Virus record (IMG/VR): IMGVR_UViG_3300020187_000010
Reading direction: 5' to 3' (one strand)
Source of the DNA: a virus
Length of the DNA stretch: 64,000 nt
Each line of letters begins with the position of its first letter. The first letter of the stretch is position 1. The notes under the pieces are model-generated. The model was not told the DNA's origin, did not search any database, and worked only from the letters and a program-made list of their open reading frames with translations. Of the stretch, positions 27,916-36,781 are shown in pieces. Made by a program: the position numbers and the translations under genes.

Positions 27916-30900
27916 TTAGTTAAGTAGCGTTCCCGCAGAGTTATATACGTTGATTCGATAATGCGAACCTTGTTGACCATCAAGAACATCAGCATCCAGA
28001 CCTGAACCCGATCCATCTACAGTCTTGACCGCAGTCAACAGTTCATTTGCAGTAGAGTATGTTTCATCTACCGAGAACTGACCAGTCGCAGAGTCATATG
28101 CGATATCACCAGTAACACTGAATTGATCACGAATGTTTTGTGTCGTGACCTTGTTATAGGTAATTGTACCAGTTCCAGAGTTATAACTTAAAGAACCGAA
28201 TCCAGTACCATTATTATTGATACCGATTGCACCACGTGCAAGAGTATCAGTATACTGTGTAATGGTAGTTGAAATCGCCCCATCGGTGATTGAGATACCA
28301 GTACTTGCGGATATTGCAGAACGGATGTTTGCATCTGTTACCTTCGCAAAACTAAACTCTCCATTTGAATATGAGAGTGTACCATATCCGGTACCACTAT
28401 TTGCAGCAGAGAACAATGCAAGAGTTGACGCAGAGTCTACGCCAGGATTTGCTAAACTAAACTGTCCGGTCGCACTATCATATCCAAGACCCGAATTATC
28501 TACACTGAATAAGTTACGGATAGTAGACGTATGGTTGGATAGACTCGATACAGTACCAGTTACGTCACCTGTTAGGTTTGCGGTGATTGCAGTTGCAGTA
28601 AAGTTACCCGAACCATCACGTTCAACAATTGTACTTGCGGTATTCGCAGAAGTCGCAGTAGTTGCAGAATTCTGTACCTTACCCGCAGTTGAGATTGTTC
28701 CGAGTTTAGTATCTGCAATCGCAGCATTTGTATTGATGTCAGCATTGACAATAGTATTCGCAGTAATCCCAGTCGTAATAGTAATGTTACTAGTACCATC
28801 AAACGAAGTTGCGGTACCAGTCACATCACCAGAAATACCAATAGTTCTTGAAGTGAGAAGACTATTTGCGGTAGACGCATTACCCGTTACTGCACCAGTA
28901 ACATTACCATATAATCTGTTGACTTGCAAGTCTGCGAGTTCAAAAGATGGGTCTGAAGTATTGATGTTTCCACCAACTTCTGGATCGTATTTGTTGAAGA
29001 ACTTCCAACGACTATCTGTGGTATCACGGAAGACACCCGCATGGGTATATGGCGCATCAATCGTATTGTAGTTACCGACAATACCAAAATCTTGATTGAT
29101 TGGTTGTGCGTCACCTTTCCAGTAGTTGTTTAAAGTGTGACCAGTAGGAGACGAGAAAGTTACCTTGACATTATATCTTAATGGTACAAGAGTATTATCT
29201 ACACCCAAGTTCCAAGAGGTAGGGCCTGTACCACCGTCCGAATCAAACGATAACGGAGTAAACTCGCCAATACCTTCCGCAGAGTCGAAACCCCATTGGA
29301 TAGTATCACCTGCACTATCGGTTCCGGTTATCTTGACAAAATACGTTCTGTCAGAATCACCTTCATAATATTCTTTGAAAGTCGCATCATTAAGTCCAGA
29401 TATACCCGCACCGAATACTGTTTCGATGGTATCACCTGCACCAACATAGATGAACTGATCACCAACGTTTAGAGACTGTACAGTAGTTGTTGTTTCAGAA
29501 CCAAGGATGTTCAGATTACCTGCGATAGTGACATCACCATCTACACGTTGGTTACCTTGAACACGAATGTTCTCTGCAATCTCTGGAGCAAGACGGATCT
29601 GAATACAACCACCGACATTACCACCAGTTGCGGAATCCGAAACAAGTACCGTACCAACTTGATATGGCCAGTTAGGATAATCAGGAGAAAATGCTACCAT
29701 TTCACCCGCACTATCAGGAGAAACGTGAAGGGTATCACCCACATTAAAGGATGCAGTATTCAACCCACCGTATAGACCACGTACTGTTACATAACCATAT
29801 GCACCATTAGCGATAGTACTTGATGCAAGTCCAGATGTTGTGTATGTTGTACTGAAGTTATCTGCCTTTGCAAGTGAGATTGTCGGGAAGTCATTTGCAG
29901 CACCAGTTACATATACAACTTTACCCTTGGGAATAGATGATCCCGAGTTGTTGAAAACTCGCATGATTTCATCTTGACCAACTTTGACATTGATTGATGA
30001 GTTCGAGTATACAAGTGCATCAGGGCCTTGCATATAAAACAAGTTACCTTCACGGAAAGCAGGAAGGTTATTGGGAACATCGATATCCGAGTAGGATGAT
30101 ATGTCTACGTTAAGTAGTTTGAAGTCACCAGAATCCGCAGTGATTTTACCATCAACAATCATACGGTCTTCAACACGGATATATTCTGCGTGTTCTTTCT
30201 CAACGTTTACAAGTAGTGAACCCGAAGTAGAATCTACTGAGATTACACGACCTACGTGTGTAGGATAACCTTGGTCGATTGATACTTCAGTTGTAGACCA
30301 CTTACCCGCACTATCAGCAGAAAGGTATGCAAATGCACCTTCGATCATATTCGAAGTGTTCAAACCATTTACTAAACCGAACTGAGTCACATAACCGTGG
30401 TTCCCGTTCGGGATATCCATAGTTGCAATACCAGTAACATTTGCTGTAGAAGAAGCATCTGCCTTTGCAAGAGATATTTGGGGGTGGATACCGTGTGCAG
30501 TACCGGATACGTATACTGCATCACCATTGTTAATCTGTCCACCGGTCAAGTTATGAACATATATTAAATGTTCTTGACCGAGGTTGATTGTTACATCTTG
30601 AACCAATTCATTGGTTGTTGGTATAAACGATATACCTTTCTGTGGGTTTGAATCATAGTAGAGTAAACCCGCAAGACTATTAGGTGCAGTTTCTTGTTTA
30701 GTTAAGTGTAGACATCCAATCTCTGCGGAGTCAACAGTTACCTTACCGAATACAATATCATCGGTAGTTCCGACAGACTGTGCAATCGCAATAGACCCGT
30801 CAGTGATTGTGACACCAGTTCCACCAGAGAAATGTGCACGAGTCTCGGATGCACTAGGGCCTGTGTATGTAATTACACCAGTACCGTTATTATAAGATAG

Positions 30901-32145
30901 AGAACCATCTCCACCTGCATCTGTTACTGAGACCAGACCACGTACTTCTGAGTCTGTTCTTTGTGTGAAAGAGTATCTACCAGTCGCAGAGTCATATGAT
31001 AAATCACCACCGGCAGATAAATGCGCACGGACTTCACTCGCATTTGGGCCAGTGTATGTAAAGATACCTGTGGATGAATCATATGAAAGAGACCCATCAC
31101 CCCCAGCATCGTTTACTGATACTGTGCCACGTGCGTCTGCATCTGTATATTGTGTAATACTTGTCGAGATTTGACCATTGGTGATACCAATACCTGTACC
31201 TGCACTAAAATGTGCACGGACTTCGGCCGCAGAAGGGCCGGTAAAGGAGAACGTACCTGTAGAACTATCATACGAGAATGAACCATCTCCGCCATTGTCA
31301 GTCGCAGATACCGCAGCACGTGCTCTGGCATTGTTGAAATAGAGATTGGTAGAACCACCTTCACTTAAATCATTGGTAGTTTTTAACGCAAAGTCAGAAT
31401 CAAATCCTGCATATGATACTTCGGTATAACCTAGTGTACCAGTTGCAGCGTTATATGTCAACGGTAAACCACTTACACCAATCGCATTTCGTGCGGTAGT
31501 TGTGGTGGTTGCGGAATCGTAATAGAGGTTAGTCGAGCCTTGTGTTAGGTCGTCTGTTGTTTTGGTTGCAAGATCTGTATTGAATAGAGATGTTGCATAA
31601 TATTTGTTTGTGCTACCTTGGGTAAGATCGTCTGTTGTTTTAAGAGCAAGACGATCATCGAATGCGGAGTCTGCACGTGCAGTTGTGTAGTAAAGGTTAG
31701 TCCCTTCACTTAAATCCGAAGTCGAGAAATGTTGCAGACCAATTCGTGCATTGAATGAACCACCATCTGCGGTGGCCAGTGTAAGAGTTGCATTAGAGGA
31801 ATCGAAGGATAACCCCGAAACACCTGCAACAGTAACAGTTCCCGCACTATCAATTTGACCTTGCGCATTGATAGTCAATACTGGAATGGTTGTGGTAGAA
31901 CCATAGGTACCTGCACCGACACCAGTGTTGGTGATACTTAACTCACCGTTGGTCTCGGTAATGCCGGTTCCACCAGATACTTGTCTGAGTGTTACGATAG
32001 AACTAGAGGATGCAGAATCCGTTGTCTTGAAGAAAAGACGACCATCATTTGTGTTGATCGCTAATTCGCCAAGTTCTATATTTGATGTAGTCGGGCTCTT
32101 GCCCTTAACTGCACTTCTCTTTAATCTAAAAAGTGTATTCGACAT
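27916..32145 (-). CDS. Large fibre/structural protein with repeats (1409 aa)
   Basis: N-terminal RLKRS...LGELAINTNDGRLF module; TTDDL.(E/Q)G.TNLYY and YDS.TG repeats; duplicated central domain; C-terminal GSGLDAD.LDG. Confidence 0.75.
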   Translation of the reverse strand: MSNTLFRLKRSAVKGKSPTTSNIELGELAINTNDGRLFFKTTDSASSSSIVTLRQVSGGTGITETNGELSITNTGVGAGTYGSTTTIPVLTINAQGQIDSAGTVTVAGVSGLSFDSSNATLTLATADGGSFNARIGLQHFSTSDLSEGTNLYYTTARADSAFDDRLALKTTDDLTQGSTNKYYATSLFNTDLATKTTDDLTQGSTNLYYDSATTTTTARNAIGVSGLPLTYNAATGTLGYTEVSYAGFDSDFALKTTNDLSEGGSTNLYFNNARARAAVSATDNGGDGSFSYDSSTGTFSFTGPSAAEVRAHFSAGTGIGITNGQISTSITQYTDADARGTVSVNDAGGDGSLSYDSSTGIFTYTGPNASEVRAHLSAGGDLSYDSATGRYSFTQRTDSEVRGLVSVTDAGGDGSLSYNNGTGVITYTGPSASETRAHFSGGTGVTITDGSIAIAQSVGTTDDIVFGKVTVDSAEIGCLHLTKQETAPNSLAGLLYYDSNPQKGISFIPTTNELVQDVTINLGQEHLIYVHNLTGGQINNGDAVYVSGTAHGIHPQISLAKADASSTANVTGIATMDIPNGNHGYVTQFGLVNGLNTSNMIEGAFAYLSADSAGKWSTTEVSIDQGYPTHVGRVISVDSTSGSLLVNVEKEHAEYIRVEDRMIVDGKITADSGDFKLLNVDISSYSDIDVPNNLPAFREGNLFYMQGPDALVYSNSSINVKVGQDEIMRVFNNSGSSIPKGKVVYVTGAANDFPTISLAKADNFSTTYTTSGLASSTIANGAYGYVTVRGLYGGLNTASFNVGDTLHVSPDSAGEMVAFSPDYPNWPYQVGTVLVSDSATGGNVGGCIQIRLAPEIAENIRVQGNQRVDGDVTIAGNLNILGSETTTTVQSLNVGDQFIYVGAGDTIETVFGAGISGLNDATFKEYYEGDSDRTYFVKITGTDSAGDTIQWGFDSAEGIGEFTPLSFDSDGGTGPTSWNLGVDNTLVPLRYNVKVTFSSPTGHTLNNYWKGDAQPINQDFGIVGNYNTIDAPYTHAGVFRDTTDSRWKFFNKYDPEVGGNINTSDPSFELADLQVNRLYGNVTGAVTGNASTANSLLTSRTIGISGDVTGTATSFDGTSNITITTGITANTIVNADINTNAAIADTKLGTISTAGKVQNSATTATSANTASTIVERDGSGNFTATAITANLTGDVTGTVSSLSNHTSTIRNLFSVDNSGLGYDSATGQFSLANPGVDSASTLALFSAANSGTGYGTLSYSNGEFSFAKVTDANIRSAISASTGISITDGAISTTITQYTDTLARGAIGINNNGTGFGSLSYNSGTGTITYNKVTTQNIRDQFSVTGDIAYDSATGQFSVDETYSTANELLTAVKTVDGSGSGLDADVLDGQQGSHYRINVYNSAGTLLN

Positions 32146-32172
32146 TTGTCAACCTTTTCCAATATTGGATAA

Positions 32173-32192
32173 ACCCCCTTATAGAAGGGGGT
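32173..32192 (-). terminator. Stem-loop between fibre genes
   Basis: ACCCCCTT-N4-AAGGGGGT hairpin with a weak U-tract. Confidence 0.5.
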
Positions 32193-32205
32193 GATATTCT
32201 ATTAT

Positions 32206-34197
32206 TTAGTATGTTCCACCATCGAGTGTTGCGATAGTCACAAAACCAGATGTAATGGTGAATTGGTCTGAGTCAAAAGACGCAACACCTTTGTTAGTAT
32301 AACTTGCAATCTCTGCCGCGAATGTGATAGTATTATCACTGTCTTGTGCAGCACCATAGGTAATGTCCATACCTTCACCGGCAGCGAAGAATGTGTTACC
32401 TAGATGGTCTTCGATATATTCACGAAGAACCGTACCATTGCGATAGATCTCACCACCAACATCTAGATCTTTGTTGGTGTTCCACTTGTCTCCTGCAACA
32501 GAGTAAGTGATTGTTGCATTTGCACCATTGACCGTAATACCTGCACCATTTGCAGCGGTCGCATCTGCGGCACTATCTGCAAGAACAAGGTTAAGGTCAT
32601 TGATCGACATAGTAGTCGAGTTAATGATTGTCTGCGTACCCTGTACAACAAGGTCACCCAGTACAAGAACTTGACCACCGTTAGAGTCTCCACCTTTAGG
32701 GTCAAGTACAAGAACCTCGGTAGAACTGTTAGTAGAGATCTTGTTACCATCGATACGAATTGTATCGGTAGTAATACCGGTTAGACCGGTGAGATCTGTA
32801 ATAGTCGCACCAAGTGCAACCGTAGTATCACCTATTGTGATGTCATCATTTACTAAATCTGCATTTGCAATAGACGCAGCCTTCAGACTTACGTGACCAT
32901 TCGATATATCAAAGTCAGTATCTTCGAAAGATGCAATACCTTTGTTGGCACCATTCGCATCTTCACCTTCGATAGAGATGTTAGTACCTGCATGACCTAC
33001 ATTGATACCTTCTCCACCAAGGATAGATACCATGTGACCAGTAATAGGAACAATACCATCATCAGTTGTGATTTGTTTCACTACCGAAGAATCGAGACTT
33101 ACGTCACCAGAGTTGAGTGTGAAGTCACTCGAATTAAATTTAGCGGTACCCAGTTGTGAATACGATGCGGTTCTTGGTGTAATAGTTACTGTTGCACCTG
33201 CACCAGTTACATCCAGACCCTGTACGCCATTACCGAGGATATTGAAATCATGTCCGATAGGAGTTACAGATCCAGAGTCTGTAGTGATGAGTTTTACTAC
33301 ATCATCCACCAAAGATACTGAACCGGAAGTTACATCAAAGTCATCAGAGAGGAACTGAGCAACACCCTTCGAAGAAGTAGTCGCATCATCAATTGCATAG
33401 TCTACAGTATTTGTAGTTGCGGTATATGTAAGAGTGAGACCATTACCGGTTGCGGTAAATGTCAAGTCCGAGTCAAGTAGACTGATAGGATCTGAGTTGA
33501 CAGTCAAGTTTGTTGCAACGTTCGCAACAGAAGCCGCAGTCAAACGACCTTGTGCATCAACTGTGAAAGTTGGAATCTGTGTGGTAGAACCATATGACCC
33601 AGGCGTTACCGCAGTACTGTCTAAGTCAAAAGTAATTGCATCATCAGTAACAGTAGATGTCAGACCTGTACCACCACCGAATGTCAATATACCGGTAGAA
33701 GTATTGAACGTGTCATTAGTACCGTTATCTGCACCGATAGTAAAAGTGTTGGTAGCAATTTGATCATCTACATATCCTTTGTTCGCAGCATCCGAGTCAT
33801 GGGTAGGAGTCGCAACACCGTGAAGTTGTACGTTTAGAAAATCGACTTCATTACCTTGAGTGTCAATTGTAAGTCCACCAGTTACACTGATAGAACTCCC
33901 ATCAATAATAATGTCATCGACTTTTAAAATATCAAGTTTGCTATCCGCATCAACAATGAGTGCACTATTCGGGGTAACTGTGCCTTTGTCATGGTCGAGC
34001 ATTTGAGTGAAGAATTTACCACCAATAACTTCGTGGTTGACTGCATTACCTGCGATTTCAGTACCAGTACCGATATATAAACGGTCACCACCATTGGAAC
34101 CATTATCGGGCAAGTATGAATATGCTAATTCACCTTGGCCAAGTGTGGACGGATCTCCCGAAGTCCCCGACCGTTTTATTCTTAATAATGATGCCAT
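32206..34197 (-). CDS. Fibre/structural protein (663 aa)
   Basis: N-terminal RIKRSGTSG.P..L.QGELAYS module, KG(V/I)A.F...DF repeats, C-terminal LDGGTY. Confidence 0.7.
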   Translation of the reverse strand: MASLLRIKRSGTSGDPSTLGQGELAYSYLPDNGSNGGDRLYIGTGTEIAGNAVNHEVIGGKFFTQMLDHDKGTVTPNSALIVDADSKLDILKVDDIIIDGSSISVTGGLTIDTQGNEVDFLNVQLHGVATPTHDSDAANKGYVDDQIATNTFTIGADNGTNDTFNTSTGILTFGGGTGLTSTVTDDAITFDLDSTAVTPGSYGSTTQIPTFTVDAQGRLTAASVANVATNLTVNSDPISLLDSDLTFTATGNGLTLTYTATTNTVDYAIDDATTSSKGVAQFLSDDFDVTSGSVSLVDDVVKLITTDSGSVTPIGHDFNILGNGVQGLDVTGAGATVTITPRTASYSQLGTAKFNSSDFTLNSGDVSLDSSVVKQITTDDGIVPITGHMVSILGGEGINVGHAGTNISIEGEDANGANKGIASFEDTDFDISNGHVSLKAASIANADLVNDDITIGDTTVALGATITDLTGLTGITTDTIRIDGNKISTNSSTEVLVLDPKGGDSNGGQVLVLGDLVVQGTQTIINSTTMSINDLNLVLADSAADATAANGAGITVNGANATITYSVAGDKWNTNKDLDVGGEIYRNGTVLREYIEDHLGNTFFAAGEGMDITYGAAQDSDNTITFAAEIASYTNKGVASFDSDQFTITSGFVTIATLDGGTY

Positions 34198-34421
34198 TAG
34201 TATTGGCCTCCGTTAACTTCTTGATTGTTTAATTCAGTTTTTGCCTCAAAATTGCCTGTGGATTCACTGAATACTAGAACTGCACCATCCGTAACATTAC
34301 TGGTATCTACACCACCGATATTATTGATATTGCCTGTAGTTGATGTGATACGTCTGATTGGTTTCCCAACAACGACCCTTTTAACTTTAGTTTTTCCTCT
34401 AAGGGATACCGTGACAGCCAT
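34197..34421 (-). CDS. Small virion protein
   Basis: 74 aa, DGAVLVF and C-terminal NGGQY; TAATG coupling to the next gene. Confidence 0.6.
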   Translation of the reverse strand: MAVTVSLRGKTKVKRVVVGKPIRRITSTTGNINNIGGVDTSNVTDGAVLVFSESTGNFEAKTELNNQEVNGGQY

Positions 34422-34425
34422 ATAT

Positions 34426-34785
34426 TTACCTTGTTACCGAAGGTGAGACTTTGATCTTACCCTCTAAAATTCGTTCAATGAGAATATTACCGTCACTATC
34501 ATTGACCGCTAATTCAACGTCATAGACGTAACGTGTTCTGGTATTGAGGGTGTCAGTTTGAGTATTTGTGAGGGATAAAACTGCAATACCATCTGTTGCG
34601 GGTTCGCTAACGATAGTGGTGAAATCTAGGATCTCATCACTGTCAACAGAAGTGTAACTACGTTTCATTTTTGCGTTAACGGTATGTCCAGTCAAGTTTT
34701 TCTTGGAACCGTCAGTTTCCTGAAGGTGCAACTCGATTGCAACGTCTGCGCCTTGATCAATTGTAAAGTCTTCGTAATCTGCCAT
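34426..34785 (-). CDS. Conserved virion adaptor-like protein (beta-sandwich)
   Basis: IDQGAD...LSLTNTQT...RYVYDVE...RILEG.I.V.PSVTR family common in marine T4-like phages. Confidence 0.7.
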   Translation of the reverse strand: MADYEDFTIDQGADVAIELHLQETDGSKKNLTGHTVNAKMKRSYTSVDSDEILDFTTIVSEPATDGIAVLSLTNTQTDTLNTRTRYVYDVELAVNDSDGNILIERILEGKIKVSPSVTR

Positions 34786-34822
34786 TCCAGTTCCCATCAA
34801 ACCAAAGTTGTGTCTATGGTTT

Positions 34823-34830
34823 TATTTATA
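34823..34830 (-). promoter_or_regulatory. T4-type late promoter
   Basis: TATAAATA upstream of the 34785 ORF. Confidence 0.7.
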
Positions 34831-34857
34831 TGTTTTGGAAACTGGAAAACGAGATAT

Positions 34858-35553
34858 TTATTCGTCTGAACTAATTTCTTCGAGTAAATCTTCGCGAAGT
34901 TCAGCGGATAGTTGGGAAGTATCGAAAGTGAAAGATACTGTACATCTCCAACAGTCAGTCTTCGCGGCATGATAGAACAATCTTTCGGGTTCACCGTAAT
35001 GACCAAAGTATGCTGCCTTGCACTGCCACCCTGGCTTATCTTCCATCACCACAACTTCTTTTGATATAGGATCTACATATTCGAATTGACCTTCTCCAGT
35101 TTCCGACCACGTGAAGATCAAATTATACGCTGCTGCATTTGCATTATTGTGCCAAGAGATAAAACCACCGGGCGGATACCATGCGGTTAGTGCATTATTT
35201 TTCACACCCAACCAATTCATAAGTCCTTGATTCATGTGCGCGAGTTCTGCGGTTCTATCTTTTCTTACCGAGGGATGAACCCCGTTATTGAAAAATTCAT
35301 GTCCCTTGCGACCAACACTCATTTCATAACCATACATCTGATCGGGAAATCCTTCGTGTCGGGTTCCTTGATCTAATATTTCTTCCAGATGACCTTTACC
35401 CGCCCAGAAATGTCTATTCCGTGATTCGTGAGAACAACTCTTATGAAATGTTTCCTCGAAGTCAGGGATATCTCTGGTCAAGAAATCTCGATAGGCATTT
35501 AATTTCACCAATAAGTCTTGGTTCATCACCGGAATGTCTTGCATATAACTCAT
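34858..35553 (-). CDS. 2OG-Fe(II) oxygenase-like protein (HxN variant)
   Basis: YPPGGFISWHNN...FYHAA...RCTVSF; clear paralog of 13749-14372 (shared YNLIFTWSETG.G.F, GW.CKA.YFG). Confidence 0.6.
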   Translation of the reverse strand: MSYMQDIPVMNQDLLVKLNAYRDFLTRDIPDFEETFHKSCSHESRNRHFWAGKGHLEEILDQGTRHEGFPDQMYGYEMSVGRKGHEFFNNGVHPSVRKDRTAELAHMNQGLMNWLGVKNNALTAWYPPGGFISWHNNANAAAYNLIFTWSETGEGQFEYVDPISKEVVVMEDKPGWQCKAAYFGHYGEPERLFYHAAKTDCWRCTVSFTFDTSQLSAELREDLLEEISSDE

Positions 35554-36284
35554 ATAATATATCCGTCCTTATCTAATCCACAGGAATAATGTCTGACAAT
35601 AACTTCACCTTCTGGTCTAGTCCTTGCCCAGTTGAATGCGTTATAATAGTTCCAACGCAAATCATCTTCCAAGATACCATACTTCAGGTCTTTGTATTTA
35701 GGTTCTTTCTCGGTCAACCACCAAAGACTGAACTGATCCCATGACCGAAGACTTTCTATATATCCTTCAGGCCACCAGTCACGATCCATTTGTCTGCGTG
35801 TGAGATCCCACCAATCATCCATGAACTCACGTACAATAGGTTTGGTCATATCGTAAAGTGCAACACCACCACATAGAGTGAACTTGGATGGGCCATCGGG
35901 AGTATCAAAACTTCTTTCGGCATAGACATATTCACGATCATCGGTCAATTCAGAGAATAAGATGTCTTCGTCACGTCTTTCCAATTCATCAAAACAAATG
36001 CGGATATCTTCGTGTTCCACTTCCATATCAACATCGAGGTACATGGTTAGGTCATATGGAGAACGAGCCATACCATCTAGTTTTGCACGGTAGTGGGATG
36101 AACACCATTCAACATTATCAAATAAATCTCGGTGTATTTCTTCGAACATCCACTCTTCGCAGAATAGTGTAATCTTCGCATCTTCGTAATAATCCAGAAT
36201 AGATTCTGCTAGATTGATCGCATACCGATAGAAGTTAATCTTATTCGATGCAACCAACACATAACCTTTAGACTTCTCAGACAT
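35550..36284 (-). CDS. GT-A fold glycosyltransferase
   Basis: SPYDLTMYLDVD (DxD), WDQFSLW, RWNYY, IVRHYS. Confidence 0.7.
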   Translation of the reverse strand: MSEKSKGYVLVASNKINFYRYAINLAESILDYYEDAKITLFCEEWMFEEIHRDLFDNVEWCSSHYRAKLDGMARSPYDLTMYLDVDMEVEHEDIRICFDELERRDEDILFSELTDDREYVYAERSFDTPDGPSKFTLCGGVALYDMTKPIVREFMDDWWDLTRRQMDRDWWPEGYIESLRSWDQFSLWWLTEKEPKYKDLKYGILEDDLRWNYYNAFNWARTRPEGEVIVRHYSCGLDKDGYII

Positions 36285-36732
36285 CTTCCTCAACTCCAAG
36301 TTCTTCTTTTAAAAGCAACATAGCAAAAAGATTCGCTTCTACCTTGGACTTTGCTCGTCTAAGTTTAGACTTGAGTTTTCTGTTCTTAGAGTTTTTAATT
36401 TCTTCGGTTTCGAAGATTTCTAATTTATAGTTAAAGAGTTCTTCTAACTTACGTGCACGTGCGTGTTCCACATCACGTTGTTTATCTTCTTCTTTTTCGG
36501 CAGCTTTACGAATCTTACGGTCTTCGGTATTTCTATCTACAGACTCTTCACCTAAAGCATCAATGACTTCATTGAACAATTCATTTTCACTACCATCCTT
36601 ATTCTTGCGACTCAACATCATTACTTGTCGGGTCTCGCGATCCAGATCATCTTTCATTTCTAGGATACAGTTGAGTTTTTCTTTCTCCTCTGTTTCCCAG
36701 AACGCATTATCCATCCATCTTTTATAACTCAT
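36277..36732 (-). CDS. Hypothetical charged helical protein (possible assembly chaperone)
   Basis: 151 aa, GGAG RBS, overlaps the start of the glycosyltransferase gene. Confidence 0.65.
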   Translation of the reverse strand: MSYKRWMDNAFWETEEKEKLNCILEMKDDLDRETRQVMMLSRKNKDGSENELFNEVIDALGEESVDRNTEDRKIRKAAEKEEDKQRDVEHARARKLEELFNYKLEIFETEEIKNSKNRKLKSKLRRAKSKVEANLFAMLLLKEELGVEEDV

Positions 36733-36781
36733 TTCAGTTCTCCAATTGTATATTATTTACATTATACTATATATCAAAAGA

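Noticed and set aside
27916-34197. Diversity-generating retroelement suggested by Mtd-like N-terminal modules
   Set aside because: No reverse transcriptase and no template/variable repeat pair with adenine-specific mismatches seen in the window.
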